Source: a candidate division WWE3 bacterium (GTDB taxonomy: Bacteria > Patescibacteriota > 4484-211 > GCA-002791395). From it: a stretch of 57,050 nucleotides of DNA. Made by a program: the position numbers and the translations under genes. Below are positions 1 through 10,053 of the stretch, one piece after another (position 1 is the stretch's first letter; each line of letters opens with the position of its first letter). Below the pieces are notes generated by a model. It did not search any database. It was not told where the DNA came from and worked only from the letters and a program-made list of their open reading frames with translations. Location: contig JAAXWF010000002.1 of the NCBI GenBank assembly GCA_013335095.1, positions 146,516-203,565 on the forward strand, read 5' to 3'.

Positions 1-552
1 CTCCGAAGCAGGGGCGCAGTTCGTTAACCGAAAGGCAATAAACTCGACTCCCCATTGATTGGCCTGTTCTTTGATTCGAAGGATCAAAGACTCCGAAACC
101 TGCTCAGTTTGAGCGAGTTGTCCGTAATCATGGTAGCTTGAAAGCTCATCCCGCAGGATAGCCATGCAGAAATCGCTTAGAGAAGCTTCCAGATCATCGA
201 TTTCGAACAGCGCCTTGTAAATATCTACAACGCGAAACAAGACCGTCGCAGATACGATGAAGGTCAGACCATTCGGCAGAAGGATTCGCTGCTCCTCGAA
301 ACGCAAGGTCTGTTGGCGCACATGCCGACGTGGTAGGGAGTCAATCCACGGGATCAGGAATACAAATCCGGGATGTATTACCCGAGGTGTTCCTGAACGA
401 TCCCGAACGACCTTTCCAAATCGGACTTTAAGACCGAGCTCACCTTCCTGAATGAACCGAAAGGACTTGAAAAACGTGACCACGGCTCCGATAACACTCG
501 CAGCAAGGGTTAAGAAGCCCTCCGATAGCAAGTTTCCCAAAAGTCCGGACAT
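1..552 (-). CDS. SPFH/band-7 (stomatin/prohibitin-like) domain protein. The N-terminal 184 codons are present and the 3' end lies beyond the window edge.
   Basis: My own translation of the reverse strand from the ATG at 552-550 gives MSGLLGNLLSEGFLTLAASVIGAVVTFFKSFRFIQEGELGLKVRFGKVV...VIHPGFVFLIPWID...VEFIAFRLTN. The frame stays open to position 1. It has an N-terminal TM helix followed by a typical SPFH core. A GGAGGG SD lies 5 nt upstream. The ORF track misses it because no stop codon falls inside the window. Confidence 0.75.
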   Translation of the reverse strand, partial: MSGLLGNLLSEGFLTLAASVIGAVVTFFKSFRFIQEGELGLKVRFGKVVRDRSGTPRVIHPGFVFLIPWIDSLPRRHVRQQTLRFEEQRILLPNGLTFIVSATVLFRVVDIYKALFEIDDLEASLSDFCMAILRDELSSYHDYGQLAQTEQVSESLILRIKEQANQWGVEFIAFRLTNCAPASE

Positions 553-572
553 GAGTCCCTCCATGGATGAAA

Positions 573-589
573 TGCAGTAATTTACTGCA
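573..589. promoter_or_regulatory. Perfect palindrome TGCAGTAA-T-TTACTGCA about 20 nt upstream of the SPFH start codon. Candidate operator or leader hairpin.
   Basis: The 8+8 nt inverted repeat was read directly from the sequence. Confidence 0.3.
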
Positions 590-673
590 GTGACCGATTG
601 TAGCGATTCATATTATACATAGGGCTTAAAATAACGAAAAATTTTACTTGTCTTGAAAATCAATACACACAAG

Positions 674-1510
674 TTATGGAGAGGTTCCGTACTGGCTGGC
701 AAGTATTCCCAAATCAAATACATTGACGACTGTATCTTGGTTTATATCGGCTCTTCGCTCTATATCGGTAGAAGAACTATCGATGGTTTTATTATAGTTA
801 GCCGCAAGAACTCCAAGGTCAAAAACATTTACCGTACCATCCTGATTAATATCAGCACTATACGGAGCCGGGGTTACGGTAGCATTGGCAAATACAATTG
901 TGGCATTTTGAACGTTTTCTAAACTATCAGTAGCGGTCCCAACTACTGCTAAATTGGTATCATTCAAATTCCCTAGAGTAAAATCAAAGGTAACATTGGT
1001 AGAAGCGGCGCCAGAGACATTAAAGACTAATGTTGCGAGTGGTTGAGTTATGGTCTGACTTCCACTGTACGGAGCCAAAAGTTCTTTTGTTACCGGATCT
1101 ACGTTTACTGCACTGAATCGAAGTGATCCCGTTTGATTAGCGGACTGCATTACTGATGATTTATTCAAATTACCATTTGAGTCGGCTGGCAAAAAAGATT
1201 TAAGTGTATGGGAAGATCCATTAGTCACGATGTCGGTTAATTGCAGCCGGGCAATTGAAAAGTTGATGGAGATATCGACTCCGACAACGTTACTTCCATT
1301 GGTATTGAGAGTAATTGGAACTTCTATTGAGCTACCTGCTGCATTAATTTGAGCCGGCATAGACAGTTGCCCAACATAGGCCTTACTTTCGGGTTTTGGA
1401 AATAAACGACGAAAAAGCTCGCGCCCGACTGGAAGAGATGCGGCTAATACAAAGAAAATTAGTACGCCACTAATCACTGCTATAAATGGAAGTATATCTT
1501 TTCGCTCCAT
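674..1510 (-). CDS. Membrane-anchored cohesin-domain protein with a C-terminal type-I-like dockerin (scaffoldin/adaptor-like).
   Basis: It has an N-terminal TM helix (ILPFIAVISGVLIFFVLAA). A cohesin-like beta-sandwich region follows (SIEVPITLNTNGSNVVGVDISINFS...LATLVFNVSGAASTNVTFDF). The C-terminus carries two dockerin repeats (DINQDGTVNVFDLGVLAANY and DINQDTVVNVFDLGILASQY). Confidence 0.8.
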   Translation of the reverse strand: MERKDILPFIAVISGVLIFFVLAASLPVGRELFRRLFPKPESKAYVGQLSMPAQINAAGSSIEVPITLNTNGSNVVGVDISINFSIARLQLTDIVTNGSSHTLKSFLPADSNGNLNKSSVMQSANQTGSLRFSAVNVDPVTKELLAPYSGSQTITQPLATLVFNVSGAASTNVTFDFTLGNLNDTNLAVVGTATDSLENVQNATIVFANATVTPAPYSADINQDGTVNVFDLGVLAANYNKTIDSSSTDIERRADINQDTVVNVFDLGILASQYGTSP

Positions 1511-1617
1511 CGATTTTTTTATCCTAACTCTTAATATACATTGATTATAAAGTTACGACTAGAGACTCCATCAACATGATCATTGAAAGGTATTGATAAA
1601 TAGGTACAATAATAACA

Positions 1618-4600
1618 ATGTTTGGCATTTCTCATAAAAAAAATTTGGTATATTTGTTTTCTTTTGTTTTACTCATCCTACAAGTTGTATTTGTATTTCC
1701 CATAAAAACCCAAAGCGCAGCACAATTATCATGGCAACAATTATCCAGTCAGAACGGTCAAATCCCCTCCCCTAATACAGGCAATCAGCAAACGGCAAGC
1801 TTAATACTCGATGTCGACCATGATGGTGATAATGATTTTATTATTGCTGAACGTACTCAGACTCCTGCCGTTGTTTGGTACCGACGAGATTCAACCGGAT
1901 GGACAAAACTACCAATCGAAACATCTCGATTATCTGTCGAAGCTGGAGGTGCATTTCATGATATTGATAGCGATGGTGATTTAGATATTGTCTTCGGTGG
2001 CGATTATCAGTCGAATCAAATATGGTGGTGGGAGAATCCATATCCAACATATAGCTCAACTCAAGGGTGGACTAGACGAACTATTAAAAATAGTGGATCA
2101 AATCAACATCATGACCAAATTTTCGGCGATTTTACCGGCGATGGAAAAGCTGAACTGGTGTCCTGGAATCAGTTAGCAAGTAAACTAATCCTATTTGATA
2201 TTCCATCAGATCCCAAAACGGCAACGACATGGCCATCACATGACATATATTCATGGAGCGGTGGAAATGCTTTAGAAGGATTATCAAGTGCTGATATTGA
2301 CCTTGATGGAAAAACGGACATAGTCGGTGGGGGACGTTGGTTCAAACATTCGACAGGATATTCATTTGCTTCGAATACAATTGATGATTCGCTCAGGAAT
2401 GGCCGAATAGTTACCGGACAATTAATTACAGGTGGACGACCAGAGGTCGTTATAGGATGCGGTGATTGTGATGGACCGCTACGTATGTTTAATTGGAATG
2501 GAACTGGTTGGCAATCGACCGTAATACTATCAACAATAGTACATGGACATTCATTGCAGATTATTGATGTCGATTCGGATAATCTTCAAGATATATTCGC
2601 TGCGGAGATGAGATTAGATGGTGGGAACAATAGTTCAAGAGCACTTATATTTTATGGCAATGGACAGGGTTCATTTACTCAATCAAGTATTATTTCAGGG
2701 ATAGATAATCACGAGTCTAAAATGGCAGATCTCGATCGAGACGGGGACGTTGACCTTTTGTCGAAACCATACAATTACACAGCTCCTGGAATAAGTATCT
2801 TTCTAAACAGCGGCACATCGTCTGGGAAAAGATCTCTTGATAGTTGGACTCGTCGGGTTATCGATACAAATGAACAACGAAACATCTTTATCGATGCCCA
2901 AGATCTTACCGGCGATGGTAAAAAAGATATCATTGTCGGAAATAAATGGTACCGGAACCCCGGGACAGCGAGTGGCAATTGGACGGCATCAGGAAATGAA
3001 AATATTATAGGTACACCACTAAATCAATTTACGCTTGCATATGATGTTGATAGTGACGGCGACATAGATCTCGTTGGAACACAAGGTAATGGCAGTGATT
3101 CAAATGCTAATTTTGCATGGGCACAAAATAGTGGATCTGGAACATTTACGATTAGAACAAATATCGCGGCAGCACAAGGTGACTTTCTTCAAGGTCACAC
3201 CATTGGAAGGTTCACCAATAATGGAGCTCTCGAAATAGCACTATCATGGCATCAAGACGGCGTCGGTGTACAAATGCTAACAATACCAACATCACCGACG
3301 ACAACACAATGGGCTTGGAAACGAATTTCGACCACATCTCAAGATGAAGCGCTATCAATGGGAGATATCGACCGTGATGGAGATCAGGATTTATTGATGG
3401 GAACAAGATGGCTGCGCAATGATGGAACATCTTGGTCAACACAAACACTCAGCAATGACACTGGATTACCCGACCGCAATCAGTTAATTGACTTGAACAA
3501 CGACGGCAGGCTGGACGCTATTATCGGTTATGAGGCGATTAGTATTGCAGGTAAATTAGCATGGTATGAGCAACCGACAACCTCAACAAGCCTATGGACC
3601 GAACACATCATATCTCAGAGCGCTATTGGTCCCATGAGTATGGAGTGTGGCGATATGGATAATGATAGTGACGTAGATGTTGTCGTTGGTGAACATAATT
3701 TAACGACGGGTTCAACCCCGAAATTATATGTTTTTGAAAATAATGGAAATGGAGCATCTTGGATTAGCCATACCGTCTATACCGGAGATGAGCATCATGA
3801 CGGTGCGCAAATATCCGATATTGACAATGATGGAGATATGGACATTCTCTCTATCGGGTGGGGACACAATCGTATCCACTTATATGAAAATACATCATCA
3901 AGCGCAGGAATAACTCCAACCGGAACTCCAAGTACATCGATAACCCCGACAGGAGCCTCTCATTGTCAACCGCTCGGCGACCTAGATTGCTCTGGATCAA
4001 TTTCAAAATCAGAGATTGATCAAATAATAGCCGGTATCGGTGGAACAACTGCATTATTAGATTTAGATAACTCTGGACACGTGAATGCAATTGACTACGG
4101 AATTGCATATACCAACTACACGTCGTCTTCACAAGGCACCAACATTATTCAGAATGGAGATTTCAATAACAATAAAACAAATTGGACGTTTTATACCAAT
4201 GGTACCGGTTCATATGATATTGCTTCAAATCAAACCAATGGGAACGCAGCTCAATTAACACTAACAACAATTGGAGATAATACCCAACTTTATCAATCAG
4301 ACCTTCCGTTATCTCCTGCAACTCGCTACCGACTCACGTTTCAAGCATATTCTACATCAGGCAATGATCTGAGTGTTGCGTTGATAAAACATTCAACTCC
4401 ATTCACTAATTATGGTTTATCCAATTTCACCCCCAATGTATCAACTCAATGGCAAACGTTTACGACTGAGTTTACAACGGCTGGCTTTAGCGGTGAGGTA
4501 AATGATGGACGGCTACGCTTTTTCATGAACGGGTTAGCATCTAATGGCGATAGATACTTTATTGATTCAATCCAACTCGTTCGGGCTGATGGATATATAC

Positions 4601-5880
4601 CATCAAACACACCATCACCATCAACAAGTAGTACCGTAACGCCAACAACTACGGTAACTCCGACTCCGTCAAACACGCAAGCACTCGGTCCAAAGCCTGG
4701 AGATATTTATAAAGAATTTACACTAACCATGACTGGAAATGAAAACTGGCGAGTAACTGATCCAAATGCAACAGCAGCAGGTGCAAGTGAATTTATTCCA
4801 AACCCAATCTTAAATATTAATATCGATGATTTGAACGGGGCAATACGCGCCGAAGGTGTGCTGGATCGATGGGGAGGACATACCGGAACAACGAACAAGC
4901 AGGTTCGATTCAATAATAATTCATGGATAACCGTACCAGAAGTAACCACAACCCCAGCTGGAACGGCCTCAACATGCTACATGAGCCAGTTTAATCCGGT
5001 GTTTGCAATACCACTAACAAATTTAAAACAGGGCAATAATACGTATGAAGGAACATCTGGTCCACAAGGAGACGGCTGTCCAAATAATTTTGGTTGGGGA
5101 CAATGGGGCCAGTACGCACTCATTGTTCGCGTTTATTATGATTCAAGTAAATCGCACCCAACCGGAACAGTAACATCACCATCAGCCAATCAAACGATTA
5201 CAGAAAATCCGACGGTACAAGTTTCGGCATCAAGTGCGGCTAATCGCATCGATATTTTAGCCAAATATGAAGGATATGACGAAAATGGCGATGGTATTTA
5301 TAATGACTGGCATGATGCATATTTCCGCGATGTTGCAGGTAATCCGATCCAAATATCACGAATAGTGGGAACAGACACATCAACCCCATACAGTGCAACA
5401 TGGGATACAACCTGGGTTCCGGATCAACCAGTATCCGGTATTAGTTTTGTCGCTCGAATACGTGATACATCTGGCGTCTGGTACGTCAGTCCAATCGTTA
5501 ATAACATTACGTTATCAAGGCCAACACAAACAGTAAAACTATACAAACCAGAAAATGTGCCTACTAATTATTGGGTGAGAGCAGGTAAAACACAATCTTC
5601 GAATATAACAATACCGAGCACTGATGATCTATCAAAATTAGTTCAGGCAGGTATCCATCTTCGTACATGGAATGGAATAAATGAACGATTTAGCTTAAAT
5701 GGAAATAGTATTACGATGTCTAGCGCAGCAAACCATCATTATGCTTATACCACACATCTCGTAACAAACACTCAGTTAAGAAATGGCCAAAATACGATTA
5801 CATTTACCGCATCAACAGAAGAGCATGGGGTCGAAATACATTGGCCTGGGCCCGGGCTGATAGTCCGTTACAATAAATAA
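1618..5880 (+). CDS. Giant secreted protein (1420 aa). Domains in order: FG-GAP/VCBS repeats, a Cys-containing dockerin-like module, a CBM4/9-like galactose-binding-type module, a PT linker, and an unknown C-terminal domain.
   Basis: It starts with a signal-like N-terminus. It contains many DxDxDGDxD calcium-type repeats (DVDHDGDNDFII, DIDSDGDLDIVFGG, DIDLDGKTDIVGGG, DVDSDGDIDLVG and others). The dockerin-like stretch reads CQPLGDLDCSGSISKSEID...LDLDNSGHVNAIDYG. The CBM-like stretch reads IIQNGDFNNNKTNWTFYTNG...RLRFFMNG...YFIDSIQL. Confidence 0.8.
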   Translation: MFGISHKKNLVYLFSFVLLILQVVFVFPIKTQSAAQLSWQQLSSQNGQIPSPNTGNQQTASLILDVDHDGDNDFIIAERTQTPAVVWYRRDSTGWTKLPIETSRLSVEAGGAFHDIDSDGDLDIVFGGDYQSNQIWWWENPYPTYSSTQGWTRRTIKNSGSNQHHDQIFGDFTGDGKAELVSWNQLASKLILFDIPSDPKTATTWPSHDIYSWSGGNALEGLSSADIDLDGKTDIVGGGRWFKHSTGYSFASNTIDDSLRNGRIVTGQLITGGRPEVVIGCGDCDGPLRMFNWNGTGWQSTVILSTIVHGHSLQIIDVDSDNLQDIFAAEMRLDGGNNSSRALIFYGNGQGSFTQSSIISGIDNHESKMADLDRDGDVDLLSKPYNYTAPGISIFLNSGTSSGKRSLDSWTRRVIDTNEQRNIFIDAQDLTGDGKKDIIVGNKWYRNPGTASGNWTASGNENIIGTPLNQFTLAYDVDSDGDIDLVGTQGNGSDSNANFAWAQNSGSGTFTIRTNIAAAQGDFLQGHTIGRFTNNGALEIALSWHQDGVGVQMLTIPTSPTTTQWAWKRISTTSQDEALSMGDIDRDGDQDLLMGTRWLRNDGTSWSTQTLSNDTGLPDRNQLIDLNNDGRLDAIIGYEAISIAGKLAWYEQPTTSTSLWTEHIISQSAIGPMSMECGDMDNDSDVDVVVGEHNLTTGSTPKLYVFENNGNGASWISHTVYTGDEHHDGAQISDIDNDGDMDILSIGWGHNRIHLYENTSSSAGITPTGTPSTSITPTGASHCQPLGDLDCSGSISKSEIDQIIAGIGGTTALLDLDNSGHVNAIDYGIAYTNYTSSSQGTNIIQNGDFNNNKTNWTFYTNGTGSYDIASNQTNGNAAQLTLTTIGDNTQLYQSDLPLSPATRYRLTFQAYSTSGNDLSVALIKHSTPFTNYGLSNFTPNVSTQWQTFTTEFTTAGFSGEVNDGRLRFFMNGLASNGDRYFIDSIQLVRADGYIPSNTPSPSTSSTVTPTTTVTPTPSNTQALGPKPGDIYKEFTLTMTGNENWRVTDPNATAAGASEFIPNPILNINIDDLNGAIRAEGVLDRWGGHTGTTNKQVRFNNNSWITVPEVTTTPAGTASTCYMSQFNPVFAIPLTNLKQGNNTYEGTSGPQGDGCPNNFGWGQWGQYALIVRVYYDSSKSHPTGTVTSPSANQTITENPTVQVSASSAANRIDILAKYEGYDENGDGIYNDWHDAYFRDVAGNPIQISRIVGTDTSTPYSATWDTTWVPDQPVSGISFVARIRDTSGVWYVSPIVNNITLSRPTQTVKLYKPENVPTNYWVRAGKTQSSNITIPSTDDLSKLVQAGIHLRTWNGINERFSLNGNSITMSSAANHHYAYTTHLVTNTQLRNGQNTITFTASTEEHGVEIHWPGPGLIVRYNK

Positions 5881-5882
5881 TA

Positions 5883-8018
5883 ATGTCGAGTTTTAAAAAG
5901 TCTTTATTTTCAGCTAACCTTTTGGGATTAGCGCTGGTATGTTTTGTCACATTCTTTTTATATTCAGCCCCCCCCACGGTGACAGCCGCTGGGGCTACGT
6001 ACTACATGTCCCCAAGTGGAATAGATACTAATCCGGGAACATCTGCGCAACCCGTAAAAACTCTTAAAAAAGCGTTATCACTGGTACAAGCAGGGGATAC
6101 CGTGATAATAAGAAACGGTACCTATAAGGAGATTGTTGACCTGACGTTAACAACGAAAGGTACCGCAAATGCCCCTATCACTGTTAAAGGGGAAACGCCG
6201 GGTCAAGCACTATTTGATGCGAGTGGATTAACAATAGGTTTCGCCGAAGCTTTTGTGTCTCTAACAAATGCTGAATATTATAATTTTGAAAACTTTTCGG
6301 TAATTAACTCAAAAGGTAAGGGGTTACGGTTTCGTTCACCCCATAATGTAAACATCCGCAAACTCGATCTATCGAATAACTATGCTAATGGCCTTCTGAT
6401 ATTCGATCCCGTCAACAGCGTTATTGAAGATTGTATTATCTCTTGGAACGTAAAAGAATACACCTATAACCCTGGACGATTCACCGAGCCAGATGGACAC
6501 GGCGGCACACGGGTCGGAGGATGGCCGTCAGGGTTCATGGCTTATAATTCAACAAATACGATACTTCGGAATAACAAGGTATTTGATAATGATGGTGAGG
6601 GGATTATCTGTGAAAGGTCCTGCACTATTCAAAACAATGAGGTTTATAACAATAGAACGGTCCAGATTTACACCAATACACAAAGTTCTCTAGTTGAGAA
6701 AAATCTAATGTACGCTATAACGCGCGGAGGTGCCGGATTTGGAATGGCCGACGAAAAGGGAAATGGAATCGGAGGAAATAATATTATTCGTAATAATGTG
6801 ATAATTGGGACCGATAAAGGAATCAGCGTATTTCAGTATATGTCGGTGTTTAATACGAATGGTGATATTTACGAGCACAATACAATTATAAATACTGGGA
6901 CTCAAGGTCTTCGGATTAGAACATCAAGTGCAAAAGGAATGACTTTTCGAAACAATATCGTCCAGAGTGAACGAGGCGTACTTCTCGAATATAATTCAAA
7001 TCTAGATTCAAAGTTGAGTAATAATATTTTTTATTCAGCGACACGTCCAGCTGATACAGGAAAAACTGTTGCCTGGAATGGAAATACCATTACGTATAAA
7101 GCATTTATTGCTGCTGCTGGTAATACAGCAGAAAATAACCAATATATCAATCCACAATTTATCGGAACAATAAATTCGCTAAATCCTCAAGATTATCGAA
7201 TAAAAATAAATTCTCCAGCGATAAATGCAGGAGGAACAAACACCGACATGTTTGATTTCAATCAATATCCGCGAACGTCACCCCCAGATATCGGTGCATT
7301 TGAGTACGAAACACTAATCCCGCTGGGATCCCCAACCCCAACAACGAGTCCATCACCAACGCCATCAAATACGAACCATTGCCAACCACTTGGAGATATT
7401 GACTGCTCTGGTTCGATTTCGACATCCGACTTGAATCAAATAGTCTCTGGCATTGGACAAAATTCAATACTGCTAGACCTAGATAATTCAACACAAGTCA
7501 ACACGCTCGATTATGGCATCGCATATACCAATTATCAATCCGGATCACCGACTCCAGTTATAACAAATATCGTACGCAACGGGTCATTCGATGATAATAA
7601 AACAAACTGGACATATTTTACCGATGGAACCGGACAGTTTGATATTGTACCCAATCAACCCGAGGGGAATGCCGCAACAATTGCAGTAAATACAGCCGGT
7701 ACAAATGAACAGCTGTATCAGACGGGCATTTCACTTATTGCCAATACAAGATATCGGTTAACGTTCAATGCGTACTCTTCAACTGGAAATAATCTAAAAG
7801 TTTCGATGATTAAACACACAACGCCGTATACCAATTATGGACTATCTGACTTTACTCTTGACCTAACAACGCAATGGCAAACATTTACAACTGAATTTAC
7901 AACGACTGGATTTAGCGGATCAACGATAGATACACGGTTGCGATTCTTCTTAAATGGGTCAGCTCAAGATAATGATCACTATTTTATTGACTCAATTGTA
8001 TTAAACAGAATTGAATAG
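5883..8018 (+). CDS. Secreted right-handed parallel beta-helix (pectate-lyase-fold) protein with a dockerin-like module and a CBM4/9-like module.
   Basis: It has an N-terminal TM/signal segment. Repeated NN(I/V)xxNN beta-helix turns are present (LRNNKVFDNDGEGI, IQNNEVYNN, IIRNNVIIG, FRNNIVQS). The C-terminal module from 7377 to 8015 is paralogous to 3961-4587. The start codon lies only 2 nt after the upstream stop, which suggests an operon. Confidence 0.8.
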   Translation: MSSFKKSLFSANLLGLALVCFVTFFLYSAPPTVTAAGATYYMSPSGIDTNPGTSAQPVKTLKKALSLVQAGDTVIIRNGTYKEIVDLTLTTKGTANAPITVKGETPGQALFDASGLTIGFAEAFVSLTNAEYYNFENFSVINSKGKGLRFRSPHNVNIRKLDLSNNYANGLLIFDPVNSVIEDCIISWNVKEYTYNPGRFTEPDGHGGTRVGGWPSGFMAYNSTNTILRNNKVFDNDGEGIICERSCTIQNNEVYNNRTVQIYTNTQSSLVEKNLMYAITRGGAGFGMADEKGNGIGGNNIIRNNVIIGTDKGISVFQYMSVFNTNGDIYEHNTIINTGTQGLRIRTSSAKGMTFRNNIVQSERGVLLEYNSNLDSKLSNNIFYSATRPADTGKTVAWNGNTITYKAFIAAAGNTAENNQYINPQFIGTINSLNPQDYRIKINSPAINAGGTNTDMFDFNQYPRTSPPDIGAFEYETLIPLGSPTPTTSPSPTPSNTNHCQPLGDIDCSGSISTSDLNQIVSGIGQNSILLDLDNSTQVNTLDYGIAYTNYQSGSPTPVITNIVRNGSFDDNKTNWTYFTDGTGQFDIVPNQPEGNAATIAVNTAGTNEQLYQTGISLIANTRYRLTFNAYSSTGNNLKVSMIKHTTPYTNYGLSDFTLDLTTQWQTFTTEFTTTGFSGSTIDTRLRFFLNGSAQDNDHYFIDSIVLNRIE

Positions 8019-8183
8019 TTTGATTAAGGTTTTTCGATAGATCAGGGAGGATCATTCAAATACGTAACATCCCAAATATTAAATTGCTCATTAGTTAACA
8101 GAAAACAAATATCTGATGATCGATGATGCCGTCGGATATGAAGTAAATACCTATTCAATAGACGATATAATAATACGTAAGAT

Positions 8184-8813
8184 ATGCAACTTGCCGCATT
8201 ATTGGTAATGTTGCTGACAAGCATCTTGTTAGAAGTTGCTGCCCCCGTACCCCCAATTACGATACCGATAACGCCAGATCAATCAGTAACAGTAACAACA
8301 ACTGAAACACCATCGGGATCTCCTATGGAGCAGCCTCTATCACCAGTACCATTATTAGTGATAGAGACATACACACCCACACCAACCCCGACTGAGAAAC
8401 CAATAATACTCCTGACTCCGACCCTGCAACCAACTAAACGACCGACCGTAGCACCGACACCAACACCTCTGACGGTAAGTTTGTATGAACTTATAAACCA
8501 ATGGAGAACCTCGACTGGGCGCACTTCATTTGTGGAATCACCACTTTCATGCCAAATCGCAACCCAGAGACTACCACAAGTAGTTAAGCAATTTTCACAT
8601 ACCGGATTTGATCAAATGCTACCAAGCCTGTATGCGAATAATCCGAATTTGCATTCAGTTGCAGAAAACTTAGCCAATGCCAGCTCAGCCCAAATTGCAT
8701 TTAACAATTGGCTTAACTCGCCAACTCACCGCACAAATCTGGAGAGCAATCGACCCTTTATGTGTTTTAGGCAAAGCGGGCGAATTTTTGTACAAATCTT
8801 CACCGACCTATGA
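8184..8813 (+). CDS. Secreted CAP/SCP (PR-1/YkwD-like) domain protein with a Pro/Thr-rich linker.
   Basis: A signal-like N-terminus is followed by a PT-rich linker. The C-terminal part reads LINQWRTSTGR...HTGF...AENLA...AFNNWLNSPTHRTNL, which resembles the CAP-domain signature. Confidence 0.6.
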   Translation: MQLAALLVMLLTSILLEVAAPVPPITIPITPDQSVTVTTTETPSGSPMEQPLSPVPLLVIETYTPTPTPTEKPIILLTPTLQPTKRPTVAPTPTPLTVSLYELINQWRTSTGRTSFVESPLSCQIATQRLPQVVKQFSHTGFDQMLPSLYANNPNLHSVAENLANASSAQIAFNNWLNSPTHRTNLESNRPFMCFRQSGRIFVQIFTDL

Positions 8814-8885
8814 AACCCCATAGTCTATATTGTGCATATATATTAAAATAATATCGTTCGTCGCATTTTCGTTAAGGAGGGCTTG

Positions 8886-9929
8886 ATGACTACAAGTAGT
8901 AGTCGAACCATGGATGACCCAGCGGATAATCAGGGTCAAACGACAGGTGGAAAGAAGAGTGGGTTTGGCATCATTAAGCTAATCCTACTCACCATTCTGT
9001 GGATCGTTATCCTATTGGTGGTGCTAGTCATAACACCTTTCTGGCTAGTGACAGTCAAAATACTGAGTTGGATCGGGTCTGATAAACTCCGCGTCCGACG
9101 GGGCTGGCTCCAGCTGCCGATCAAAACATACCAGAACAAAAACGGTCAAACGATCGTGATGGTATGTGTCATGCACGTCGCGTCGCCAACGTACTATGCG
9201 TTTATCCGGAAAACCATCGCCGAATACGAAGCGAAGCAGTACAGGGTACTGTACGAACTGGTAGATAAATCTCCCCGCGAAGAGATGGAAAAGCTACCAG
9301 AAAATACTCGCTTAATCTTGCGATGGTTGGCTAATGCCCAGCGAACGATAAGACATGCAACCAAAGGGCTTAGAACCCAAAGTCAGTTAACTGGCTTACC
9401 AATCAAAAAAAGTTGGATCAACACGGACATGACGATCGCTCAATTATTAACACGGCTAGCTCCGGTGTGGGGCGACCGACTGTCAGAGTCGACCTTTGAT
9501 GTGCTAACCAATCATCCTGATCAGGCCGGACCACTTCTAAAGTGGGTGTACAACCGATTCTTCTCATGGGGTGTAGTTCTTTACGGCCTCTCGGATATCG
9601 GACGCTTCATGCCCTTCGGCAGGGGACTGCATCAAGTCATCCTGGTTGAACGAAACGATATCGCTTATCAGGCGATTCAAGAACACCTCCCTCAAGCGAA
9701 TATTGTTTCGATCTGGGGTGCGGCTCATATTTCGGACATGCACCGCCGTTTAAGACGGGATGGATTCCGAATCGTCTCGGTGATTTGGGTAAATGCGTAT
9801 CGAATAAAAAGGATCGGTTTATTCGGTACTATCCGCACCATCATCCGGCCGAAGGGCCCGCGCTTCTCACAGCATCAAGCCTGGCTGATTAAGCCAAATC
9901 GGTTCCCAAAATCCCGATGGCGTCGCTAA
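8886..9929 (+). CDS. Membrane protein, possibly TraB/GumN-family-like. It lies in a G+C-enriched island.
   Basis: The ATG at 8886 is preceded by AAGGAGGG (the ORF track begins at the TTG at 8883). One or two TM helices follow. The stretches VMVCVMHVASPTYY and IWGAAHISDM resemble the N- and C-terminal TraB/GumN motifs. The family assignment is weak. Confidence 0.5.
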   Translation: MTTSSSRTMDDPADNQGQTTGGKKSGFGIIKLILLTILWIVILLVVLVITPFWLVTVKILSWIGSDKLRVRRGWLQLPIKTYQNKNGQTIVMVCVMHVASPTYYAFIRKTIAEYEAKQYRVLYELVDKSPREEMEKLPENTRLILRWLANAQRTIRHATKGLRTQSQLTGLPIKKSWINTDMTIAQLLTRLAPVWGDRLSESTFDVLTNHPDQAGPLLKWVYNRFFSWGVVLYGLSDIGRFMPFGRGLHQVILVERNDIAYQAIQEHLPQANIVSIWGAAHISDMHRRLRRDGFRIVSVIWVNAYRIKRIGLFGTIRTIIRPKGPRFSQHQAWLIKPNRFPKSRWRR

Positions 9930-9936
9930 CAGACTT

Positions 9937-9973
9937 GAGGAGGATGCTTACGCGTTCTCCTCATTATTTTTTT
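9937..9973 (+). terminator. Intrinsic terminator after the 8886..9929 gene.
   Basis: The hairpin is GAGGAGGATGC-TTA-CGCGTTCTCCTC, followed by ATTATTTTTTT. Confidence 0.6.
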
Positions 9974-10053
9974 CTATTGTCGGAATATATCCTAAAAATA
10001 ATAACTCGTTCAAATTGACAAAAATCGTACGTTCAGCGTATCCTTCTATCAGT

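Noticed and set aside
257-451. A 64-aa plus-strand ORF lies at the left edge of the window.
   Set aside because: It is antisense to the much better supported SPFH-domain reading frame, which stays open from 552 to the window edge.
653-922. A YIDD tetrapeptide appears in a plus-strand ORF. I considered it as a hint of a reverse transcriptase or DGR, because such elements are common in small-genome bacteria.
   Set aside because: The ORF is antisense to the cohesin-dockerin gene. No other RT motifs exist there, and I saw no template/variable repeat pair anywhere in the window.
8280-8480. Repetitive ACC/CCA/ACA-rich DNA occurs here and at 44520-44650, 15590-15680 and 16130-16200. I considered whether these were tandem repeats or a CRISPR-like array.
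   Set aside because: These stretches encode Pro/Thr-rich interdomain linkers within clear ORFs. There are no unique spacers separated by constant repeats. No CRISPR array is present in the window.
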